From NCBI GenBank assembly GCA_016840425.1, contig JAEOSI010000094.1, positions 1-7,998 of the forward strand: a stretch of DNA of 7,998 nt, in the 5' to 3' direction. Positions 1 to 6,237 of this stretch are shown piece after piece; the first letter of the stretch is position 1; every line of letters begins with the position of its first letter. The DNA is from Candidatus Wukongarchaeum yapensis (GTDB lineage Archaea > Asgardarchaeota > Wukongarchaeia > Wukongarchaeales > Wukongarchaeaceae). The notes under the pieces are model-generated. The model was not told the DNA's origin. It made no database searches and saw only the letters and a program-made list of their open reading frames with translations. The translations under genes were made by a program, and so were the position numbers.

Positions 1-1771
1 TTTTTATTTCTGCGTATTGATATTTCTCAAAGTTTTTTTCAAGTTCTGGCTTATTGGGTTTAAAAATAGCTAGAGCTTCCTTGTTTTCCTTTAAAGTGAA
101 ATAGGCCGTCTTTCTAACTCGGCGGTTTTGATCCTTTAAAAGGTCAAAGAAGATTCTTAATATCTCTTTTCTGTATTGTGGGTCTATTCTTATGATCTCT
201 CGAAGCGTGGAGACACTAGCAGCCCTGACGGACCAGTCAACATCCTCTGTAAATCTAAGAGCTATGCTTAAGACTTCTTTTATGAAGCTAGAATCTGCTT
301 TAGTGACCTCAAGTAACGCTAAAACGCTTGCAGATCTTACTAAAGCGTTTTCATCTTCTGATAAAGAAACAAAAATGGGTAAGAACATTTTTGCAACTTT
401 CGGCTTACACCTAACTGCTTCGCTTAAAGCTTTTGTCGCCGCTCTTCGCGTAAAAATATTTGGATCTTTTGACAAAGAAATTAAGATGCTGGAGATCTCT
501 TCAAATTTTGTTCCTGATTTAAGGAGCTCACAGAGGGCGGAAATAGCGTTTTTCTGAACCTTTGGATCGAGATCATCTGATAGATTTATTATGGTTGACA
601 AAACTTCTCCCGCCAAAGAAGAATCTGCTTGTAAAACACTCTGCAAAGCTTTAGCACCTATAGCCCTAACTTCAGCCATTTTATCCTTAGAACTCTCGAT
701 AACTAGAGGTAAAATTTCCTCTATCAAGGTGGGATCTACTTTTATTGCCTTCCCCAAAACATTTAGGGCCACTGCTCTTAGGGCAGATCTCTCATCTTTC
801 ACAAGCTCGATCAAGAAAGGTAACACAGATTTCGCAAAGTCGGGGTCAAATATTCCGGCATCTAAAGTGTTCTCCACGATATCGATAAAGGTTTGTCCCC
901 CCTCCTTTCTCACAGAGGTATCAGAATCCTTAATAAGAGCCTTAATCGTCTCAAAAACCTCTTTTTTCCCTGCAAGAGGATTAAACGTAATAGCAAGCTT
1001 TAAGGCTTGAGCGCTAGCGATTCTCACCGAACTATCATCATGTTTCGCTAGTTGAATAATGAGAGGCAACGAAGCCGCAGCAGCACTAGGATTCAACCTT
1101 AAATTGTTAATGAGAGTGCAAAGGGCAAAAACCCACTTTTCAGGCTCCCATCCCCCTTCAACTATAGAAGCAACTACGGAGGGTAAACTCTCCTCAAGAA
1201 CTCCCGGAATAGACTCGCCCAACTCTATAAATATACGAACAGAAATATTCCGCATATACTCCGCCCCTTCCCCCATATGCTTTATTAAAACTGGTAATAT
1301 TTCCTTTGCAACAAGGGGGTTACTTGTAGAAATATCACCTAACGTGCGAATAGCCCCAGAACAAATATACAAATCATAACTATCAGCCAACTCCTTTAAA
1401 AGAGGTAAAGCTTCCAAAGCAACTTCTGGATCTATTGTCGCCACCGATTCAAAAAGCAGATAAATTGCCCTATTCTGCACGTCCTGAACATCATCCCTTG
1501 CCAAATCTATAATGGAAGAAAAAACAGCTTCAGCTGATTTAGAATCAATGGCAACAATCTCCTCCAACGCAAAAAGTATAGCACGCCTTACCCCCTCCTT
1601 CTCATCCCTTACAAGCTCAAAAACTATAGAAAAAAGATCTTCACCCACAAGATCAGGACGAGAAACCACTAACTCCTTAATACTATTAGCAGTGTCTCTC
1701 CTTTGAAACCAATCATCAGCCTTAGCCATCACTCTAATTTTCTCAAACCGCTGTTTCTGTTCACCAGTCAT
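1..1771 (-). CDS. HEAT-repeat (alpha-solenoid) protein, about 15 repeats of ~37 aa, 3'-partial (>=590 aa, no stop before window edge)
   Basis: Manual translation of the minus strand from ATG at 1771 is open to position 2: MTGEQKQRFEKIRVMAKADDWFQRRDTANSIKELV...ILRIFFDLLKDQNRRVRKTAYFTLKENKEALAIFKPNKPELEKNFEKYQYAEIK. Recurrent HEAT consensus (V/I)LPxIxxLxxDxxxxVRxxAxxxLxxIxxxDP, e.g. VLPFLIELVKDERSALRAVALNVLGKAIKVDP and FLPIFVSLSEDENALVRSASVLALLEVTKADS. An in-frame TAG at 1787-1789 bounds the start. Absent from the ORF track because it has no stop in the window. Confidence 0.92.
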   Translation of the reverse strand, partial: MTGEQKQRFEKIRVMAKADDWFQRRDTANSIKELVVSRPDLVGEDLFSIVFELVRDEKEGVRRAILFALEEIVAIDSKSAEAVFSSIIDLARDDVQDVQNRAIYLLFESVATIDPEVALEALPLLKELADSYDLYICSGAIRTLGDISTSNPLVAKEILPVLIKHMGEGAEYMRNISVRIFIELGESIPGVLEESLPSVVASIVEGGWEPEKWVFALCTLINNLRLNPSAAAASLPLIIQLAKHDDSSVRIASAQALKLAITFNPLAGKKEVFETIKALIKDSDTSVRKEGGQTFIDIVENTLDAGIFDPDFAKSVLPFLIELVKDERSALRAVALNVLGKAIKVDPTLIEEILPLVIESSKDKMAEVRAIGAKALQSVLQADSSLAGEVLSTIINLSDDLDPKVQKNAISALCELLKSGTKFEEISSILISLSKDPNIFTRRAATKALSEAVRCKPKVAKMFLPIFVSLSEDENALVRSASVLALLEVTKADSSFIKEVLSIALRFTEDVDWSVRAASVSTLREIIRIDPQYRKEILRIFFDLLKDQNRRVRKTAYFTLKENKEALAIFKPNKPELEKNFEKYQYAEIK

Positions 1772-1779
1772 ACACAAAA

Positions 1780-1785
1780 CACCAC
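1780..1785 (-). promoter_or_regulatory. Putative Shine-Dalgarno (GTGGTG) for the HEAT gene
   Basis: Minus strand GTGGTG lies 8 nt upstream of the ATG at 1771. The region is G/T-rich, so a chance match is possible. Confidence 0.4.
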
Positions 1786-1878
1786 ACTACAACAAAAAAA
1801 CAAGACCAATAATAAACAAAAATAAAGTAAAAAACTAACACCATATTAACCTGACCCAAAAAAACAATACACGAAACA

Positions 1879-1898
1879 CCCTACTATATCCCTACTAT
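1879..1898. repeat. 9-bp direct repeat CCCTACTAT x2 with 11-bp period
   Basis: CCCTACTAT at 1879-1887 and 1890-1898, in the spacer upstream of the HEAT gene. Confidence 0.6.
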
Positions 1899-1991
1899 GA
1901 TTAAAATAATTCTAAAAACAAGTTTCACACAAAATATATGCACGATCTTAAAAAAAGAAAAAAAAGGAAATGATACAAACAAAAAACGATT

Positions 1992-2179
1992 TTATCTGCA
2001 TTTTCCAAGAAATGCTACTGTAGCTAGGACAAGTATTGCCATAATGGCGATAATACTAAAGGATTCATAAAGTTGTCCGTGCCCTCGCTTAGAAAGTTTC
2101 CACTCACCACTTCAGTAAATACGCCTACAGAGGGGTAGCGTTCTAACTCGTCGCCATCAGAGAAAAATACCTTTTCATT
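1992..2179 (-). pseudogene. Possible eroded gene fragment ending in a CTERM-like membrane anchor
   Basis: Minus 2069-1992 reads YESFSIIAIMAILVLATVAFLGKCR-stop (hydrophobic helix plus basic tail). That frame has no start upstream of the helix. A neighbouring frame (2179 onward) reads NEKVFFSDGDELERYPSVGVFTEVVSGNFLSEGTDN and joins it with a one-base shift at a T run near 2070. Confidence 0.3.
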
Positions 2180-2233
2180 TTAAGCAATTCAACCCAAAGA
2201 TAGACACAAAAAAGTACAATTATCTGATACTTA

Positions 2234-2617
2234 CTAAGTTCCTAAAGAGATACCCGTAGCTAGAGCCGTACCTGCCCAAGCGAGTACAAAGGCTAGAATT
2301 ATTAATCCTGTGAGGATTAATAGACCCGTTCTTACGGTTTCGCTTTCAATCAATCGAGGGTTTAGTGCTAGGAATAGAGCTAGAAGCGCGATTACGAGGC
2401 CTCCTATTATGTAGAATATGCTACCAACGAAACGTAATATTACGCCCATTTCTCTCTGATCGTAGTAGTCTTGCCCAAGCCCGGGGTTAGAGTAGGGAGC
2501 GGCATCATACATGGTTGTACCTAGATGGGAAAATAAACCACCGATTAAGAGCAAAATAAAGCCTATAACAAAACCTATTTTGTATGAGGTAGGAAGTTTT
2601 CTTTCTTTTTCGCCCAA
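2234..2617 (-). CDS. Hypothetical membrane protein, 3 predicted TM helices (~127 aa)
   Basis: ORF 2234-2638 in the track; the start is more likely TTG at 2617 because AGGAGGT lies 6 nt upstream. Hydrophobic segments: IGFVIGFILLLIGGLFSHLG, VILRFVGSIFYIIGGLVIALLALFLAL and GLLILTGLIILAFVLAWAG. Confidence 0.8.
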   Translation of the reverse strand: MGEKERKLPTSYKIGFVIGFILLLIGGLFSHLGTTMYDAAPYSNPGLGQDYYDQREMGVILRFVGSIFYIIGGLVIALLALFLALNPRLIESETVRTGLLILTGLIILAFVLAWAGTALATGISLGT

Positions 2618-2623
2618 AGTATT

Positions 2624-2630
2624 ACCTCCT
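2624..2630 (-). promoter_or_regulatory. Shine-Dalgarno AGGAGGT
   Basis: Strong SD match 6 nt before TTG at 2617. Confidence 0.7.
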
Positions 2631-2647
2631 TTATTCATCTTTTTATA

Positions 2648-2661
2648 CCCAATTTTTTGGG
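2648..2661. repeat. Short inverted repeat CCCAA-TTTT-TTGGG
   Basis: 5-bp arms with a 4-nt spacer, adjacent to a minus-strand TATAAAAA (2647-2640) upstream of the 3-TM gene. Function unknown. Confidence 0.3.
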
Positions 2662-2870
2662 AAATGTTTTTTGAGGAAGTCGGTTCTGGAAGCTTTTTTT
2701 AAGTCATACTATATTTTTTCTTCTAAAGCCAGGTCTGTTGATCCTTCGTGATTTAGGTATAAAAGATTAGTGCCCGTGAAGGGGCTATTAAGGGGCAGGG
2801 AAGGAGGAGTCTTATAGATTCTCGACTTAAAGGATTACAAAATCTGGGCAATAACTAAAGTGGAGGCATG

Positions 2871-3902
2871 TCAAACTATCTGTAACCATGTTCCAATCTT
2901 GTTTCTTCTTGCCTTTTGGTATATTACCCAGCCGGTTGAAACGTCTTGGATGGCTAGACCTGTGCTATCAAATATTGTTATTTCATCATCATTCTCTCTG
3001 CCCAGCTTTTTGCCCACTATAATATCGCCAAGCTCCGCATAAATCGCGTTTTCCTTAATTATTCCCTTTAAGAGAGGAACATTTACTTCGCCACTGTGGA
3101 TCGCTTGTTCCCAATCATCAATCACTATTTTTGCCCGTTTCAATAATGTTGATTCCAGTTCTTGTTTCCCCGGAGCATCGGCCCCTATCGCGTTAATGTG
3201 GGTTCCCTTGCCAATCCACTCGTCTTTCACTACTGGCGATCTAGCAGGAGTTACTGTCGCTAAAACATCAACCTTTTCCACCGCTTTTCGCGGCTCATCC
3301 ACTACAACTATCTCCACTTCAAGCTTTTTCTCCATCTTTTCTTTGAAAGATTCCGCAGCAGCTTTCACTATATCATAAACGAAACATTTTCTAAGATGCA
3401 TCGCGTGAAAAGCAGCTTCAAGCTGAGTTCTCGCCTGTATACCTGCTCCGACGAGCCCCATAATTTCGCTGTTCTTACGCGCTAAATATTTTATAGCGAT
3501 ACCGCCTGATGCCCCTGTTCTAAGAGCGGTTAAATGCGTACCATTCATTATGCTATAAATAAGCCCGTTCCTTGGGTCCATCATGAGTACGACAGCCATC
3601 ACAGAGGGAAGCTTGAAAAGTTCGCGGTTTTTCGGGTGAACATTAACAATTTTAACACCAGCCATATCAGTCTCTTCCAAATAAGCAGGCATAACACGAA
3701 AGTCTCCATCATATTTATCAAAAAAAACATAGTTCTTTGCAGGCATCTGAACACTCCCCTTCCCCTTCTGCGCGAATGCCCACTCAACAGCCTCCATCAC
3801 CTCCCACATCTCAACACAGCTTTCAGTCTGCTCCTTCGTCAAAAAAAGTACCTTATCAAGAGGAATTAAGAGTTCCCGAACCACTTCCTTTTTTTCAACC
3901 AT
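2871..3902 (-). CDS. ala: Alanine dehydrogenase, archaeal ornithine cyclodeaminase/mu-crystallin family
   Basis: 343 aa with motifs matching Archaeoglobus-type AlaDH throughout: QMPAK, DFRVMPA, GVKIVNVHP, TALRTGASGG, Rossmann GLVGAGIQA, GTHINAIGADAPGKQEL, DDWEQAIHSGEVN, ITIFDSTGLAIQD. Substrate specificity within the OCD/CRYM family is inferred from similarity. Confidence 0.88.
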   Translation of the reverse strand: MVEKKEVVRELLIPLDKVLFLTKEQTESCVEMWEVMEAVEWAFAQKGKGSVQMPAKNYVFFDKYDGDFRVMPAYLEETDMAGVKIVNVHPKNRELFKLPSVMAVVLMMDPRNGLIYSIMNGTHLTALRTGASGGIAIKYLARKNSEIMGLVGAGIQARTQLEAAFHAMHLRKCFVYDIVKAAAESFKEKMEKKLEVEIVVVDEPRKAVEKVDVLATVTPARSPVVKDEWIGKGTHINAIGADAPGKQELESTLLKRAKIVIDDWEQAIHSGEVNVPLLKGIIKENAIYAELGDIIVGKKLGRENDDEITIFDSTGLAIQDVSTGWVIYQKARRNKIGTWLQIV

Positions 3903-4100
3903 TCATCACACCTTCTTTCACAACAAATACAACAAAAAGTTAGACCAAGAACGTTTTTAGATTTCCGGTTTATCACTCTTAAATCATCGCCTTCATAACC
4001 ATTTTTTCCAACCTGTGTGGGGATTATTCGCTCGCTACCCACTATACTTTTGTTCATGTCAACAGGGTTCCCCTATACTTCGACCTTCATTGCCCGTTCT

Positions 4101-4592
4101 TCAGCGGTTTTCCAGCTTATCGAGTTTTTCTGCCGCTTTTTTGATTTGGGATAAGGCTCTTCTTCTCTTAGCATTATTATGGATCAATCGATCATATTTT
4201 GAGAAGTCTTCCTTTGTCATGTCTAATTTTTTGCAAACCTGTTCTATGAACTCTTTTTTAGAAGAAGATACTGGTGTCTCCAAAATGACTTTTGAGACGT
4301 CCATCAAAGAAGGACCTATTTTTCTTGAATGAGTTGGTTTTCCAAGGGTTTTTTGGACGATATCTTCGAGTTCCGGTGTTTTAACCAGAGCAGATACTAC
4401 GATTACTTCTTCTTTAGATTCTGTGAACATTGAACTCACATGGATCGTTAGTGTCCTATCTTTGTTTTTGATCATCATTCCTCCTTCGTCATCAATTCGG
4501 GAAGACAGTCCTAATTTACTTTCTAACTTTTCTAAACGGTCCTTAACTTTTTCATAAGAAGGAAAACGATACTCAAGTTCTTTAGCCAACAT
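4101..4592 (-). CDS. Hypothetical soluble protein (~163 aa)
   Basis: ORF 4101-4649 in the track. AGGTGA at 4600-4595 places the real start at ATG 4592 or TTG 4589 (MLAKELEYRFPSYEK...). Charged, K/E-rich composition typical of a real globular protein; no family recognised. Confidence 0.78.
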   Translation of the reverse strand: MLAKELEYRFPSYEKVKDRLEKLESKLGLSSRIDDEGGMMIKNKDRTLTIHVSSMFTESKEEVIVVSALVKTPELEDIVQKTLGKPTHSRKIGPSLMDVSKVILETPVSSSKKEFIEQVCKKLDMTKEDFSKYDRLIHNNAKRRRALSQIKKAAEKLDKLENR

Positions 4593-4594
4593 AT

Positions 4595-4600
4595 TCACCT
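4595..4600 (-). promoter_or_regulatory. Shine-Dalgarno AGGTGA
   Basis: Archaeal-type SD 5 nt before TTG 4589 (2 nt before ATG 4592). Confidence 0.55.
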
Positions 4601-4633
4601 GCCTCAACATCGAAACGATAAGTAAAAAAACAT

Positions 4634-4651
4634 TTTTGCCAATGGGCAAAA
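4634..4651. promoter_or_regulatory. Perfect inverted repeat TTTTGCC-N4-GGCAAAA in the divergent spacer; candidate operator
   Basis: TTTTGCC 4634-4640, spacer AATG, GGCAAAA 4645-4651, between the divergently oriented hypothetical and PLD genes. Confidence 0.45.
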
Positions 4652-4731
4652 GGTAATTTTAACTCCTTCAACTGGTCTTTTTTGCAAGAGAAAGGCTTTT
4701 TATTGGGTTAGATATATTATATGAAAACTAT

Positions 4732-4736
4732 GGAGG
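4732..4736 (+). promoter_or_regulatory. Shine-Dalgarno GGAGG
   Basis: 7 nt before TTG at 4744. Confidence 0.65.
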
Positions 4737-4743
4737 AATTAGT

Positions 4744-4809
4744 TTGAAGAAAAAAATCTTACTCCTAGTCCTATTAACTTTACTACTTATCCCAGCAACT
4801 GTAATGGCA
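4744..4809 (+). other. Sec-type signal peptide of the PLD protein
   Basis: MKKK basic n-region, ILLLVLLTLLLI h-region, P-A-T-V-M-A c-region; likely cleavage after VMA (about aa 22, judged by eye). Confidence 0.75.
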
Positions 4810-6087
4810 AATACCGAAGAAAAAACTAGCCGATCTAACGACGCTCCATCTATCCAAATAGGCGCTGAATTAGAGCCGAGAACTGACACCACCTTCCCAG
4901 CAGGTGACTTTACAGGGGGTATGAACGTTACAGCATATTCATCACCTGATTCTTCCTTCGATGTCACACTTTCTTACTTACGCTCTGCTAAAAACTCGAT
5001 AGATATCGAAATCTACGCCATAAGTAACGGCTTCCTCCTCCACGAGTTAAACCAAGCTTACCAAAGAAATAACAACATCAAGATAAAAGTCGTAGCTTCT
5101 TGGATATCCTCCGGCTTTGAAAAGTCCGATACAAGGGCAGCACTCTATAACATATCACAGATTCCCCTCGACTATGAAAGCCAAACCAACATACAGTTAT
5201 ACTGGACTGATGACAGCCCCTACGAACGTACCCACGCAAAATTCATAATCATCGACGAAGAAGTCGTACTTATTCAGAGCGCTAACTGGGCAAAAACAGG
5301 CATACCACCAAGCCCTACTACAGGCAATAGAGAATGGGGAGTCGCTGTAAAAAACCAAAACGTAGTAGATTACTACCTTGAAATTTTTGGATACGATTTA
5401 ATTAATTCAAAACTATATACACCAAATCCTGACGATTTTAAAGATTTTTCCGCCAGCATATCTACAGGATCCTATACACATCCTTTCTCGGAAGAAACTT
5501 TCATCGGGACTATGAGGATTAGAACCATAGTTACACCTGATAACGCTATACCAACCATAATAGAACTTCTTGAATCAGCAAGCGACACACTAGACGTTCA
5601 ACAAATGTATATTAGAATAGATTGGCATGAGGGATATGAGGACCTTTTCATGGAAGAACTCGTGGACGCAGCTCAAAGAGGAGTAGATGTTAGGGTGATT
5701 TTGGACCAAAAGTATAACAAGGAGGAAAACCTCGAAACTGCAAATTATCTTGACTCTTTCGGTATCGAGGTCAAGTTTGGCGATACTACTAAACTAGATG
5801 CCATTCACAACAAAGGAGTGATCGTGGACGAAAAAGCCGTCCTAGTCTCAAGCATAAACTGGTCCAACGAGTCGGTCACAGAAAACAGGGAAACAGGAAT
5901 AATAATCTACGATTCTGATGTCGCTAATTACTTCACTAATATTTTTGAGTGGGATTGGGCAGCAGGAGAAATACCCGAAGGGCTCCCTGAGTTCACTGGC
6001 CTGCAAATTATGTTCCCTCTAATAGCCCTAACAATAGCACTATTAACCACAATAAAACTGAGAAAAAAACAGGTTAAAACGGGTTAA
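4744..6087 (+). CDS. Secreted, C-terminally anchored phospholipase D-superfamily protein (two HKD motifs)
   Basis: 447 aa. HAKFIIID followed by QSANW (HKD1, 5233-5256); HNKGVIVD followed by SSINW and ENRETG (HKD2, 5806-5829). N-terminal signal peptide and C-terminal PEF + TM + basic tail. Confidence 0.9.
   Translation: MKKKILLLVLLTLLLIPATVMANTEEKTSRSNDAPSIQIGAELEPRTDTTFPAGDFTGGMNVTAYSSPDSSFDVTLSYLRSAKNSIDIEIYAISNGFLLHELNQAYQRNNNIKIKVVASWISSGFEKSDTRAALYNISQIPLDYESQTNIQLYWTDDSPYERTHAKFIIIDEEVVLIQSANWAKTGIPPSPTTGNREWGVAVKNQNVVDYYLEIFGYDLINSKLYTPNPDDFKDFSASISTGSYTHPFSEETFIGTMRIRTIVTPDNAIPTIIELLESASDTLDVQQMYIRIDWHEGYEDLFMEELVDAAQRGVDVRVILDQKYNKEENLETANYLDSFGIEVKFGDTTKLDAIHNKGVIVDEKAVLVSSINWSNESVTENRETGIIIYDSDVANYFTNIFEWDWAAGEIPEGLPEFTGLQIMFPLIALTIALLTTIKLRKKQVKTG
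5986..6087 (+). other. PEF-CTERM-like sorting/anchoring signal
   Basis: PEF (5986-5994), then the hydrophobic helix TGLQIMFPLIALTIALLTTI and the basic cluster KLRKKQVKTG-stop; the tripartite layout of archaeosortase-type signals. Confidence 0.7.
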
Positions 6088-6145
6088 AAACAAAGGCAAA
6101 AACGTTCCAAAAATCAACAAAAAACAGTTTTTATCAACCCCTATA

Positions 6146-6158
6146 TTTTCCTTTTTTT
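6146..6158 (+). terminator. Possible archaeal oligo-T terminator after the PLD gene
   Basis: TTTTCCTTTTTTT about 60 nt after the PLD stop. T runs are common in this spacer, so support is weak. Confidence 0.25.
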
Positions 6159-6225
6159 AAGATTATACAAACTCTAGTTTTTCCAACAAGTTTAACAAAC
6201 AGTTTTTCGTGTTTTTTAGTCTGTT

Positions 6226-6230
6226 GGTGG
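6226..6230 (+). promoter_or_regulatory. Shine-Dalgarno GGTGG
   Basis: 7 nt before TTG at 6238. Confidence 0.5.
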
Positions 6231-6237
6231 GTAAATT

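Noticed and set aside
192-1706. Plus-strand ORFs 192-557, 591-1010, 1059-1379 and 1512-1706
   Set aside because: They are antisense shadows of the HEAT gene, with Ser/Thr/Ala-rich sequence, no motifs and no RBS. The minus frame gives clear repeats.
2511-2702. Plus-strand 63-aa ORF opposite the 3-TM gene
   Set aside because: Antisense overlap with a better-supported gene; no recognisable features.
2772-2785. GCCC-N6-GGGC hairpin downstream of ala as a terminator or ncRNA
   Set aside because: Only a 4-bp stem with no convincing U tract or larger fold; expected by chance.
3903-3909. GTGATGA (perfect C box) just upstream of the ala start, suggesting a C/D sRNA or K-turn
   Set aside because: No partner CTGA D box at a suitable distance; better explained as part of the GGTGTGATG SD region.
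2860-3943. ORFs 2860-3042, 3196-3378, 3534-3869, 3599-3787 and 3737-3943 overlapping ala
   Set aside because: All lie within or antisense to the strongly conserved AlaDH coding region; no independent support.
3866-4057. 63-aa minus ORF with a Cys cluster (CCICCERRC) suggesting a metal-binding peptide
   Set aside because: The cysteines come from TGT/TGT repeats in the G/T-rich leader of ala; it overlaps the ala start and lacks a clear RBS.
4015-4332. 105-aa plus-strand ORF
   Set aside because: Antisense to the 4101-4592 gene; low-information sequence.
4593-4649. 19-aa N-terminal extension of the hypothetical protein given in the ORF track
   Set aside because: The upstream TTG has no RBS, lies inside the palindromic spacer, and an SD sits at 4595-4600.
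4721-4747. Short upstream ORF MKTMEELV overlapping the PLD start, as a regulatory leader peptide
   Set aside because: Eight codons containing the PLD SD; such uORFs arise by chance and nothing supports translation.
4728-4967. 79-aa minus ORF
   Set aside because: Antisense to the PLD 5' region.
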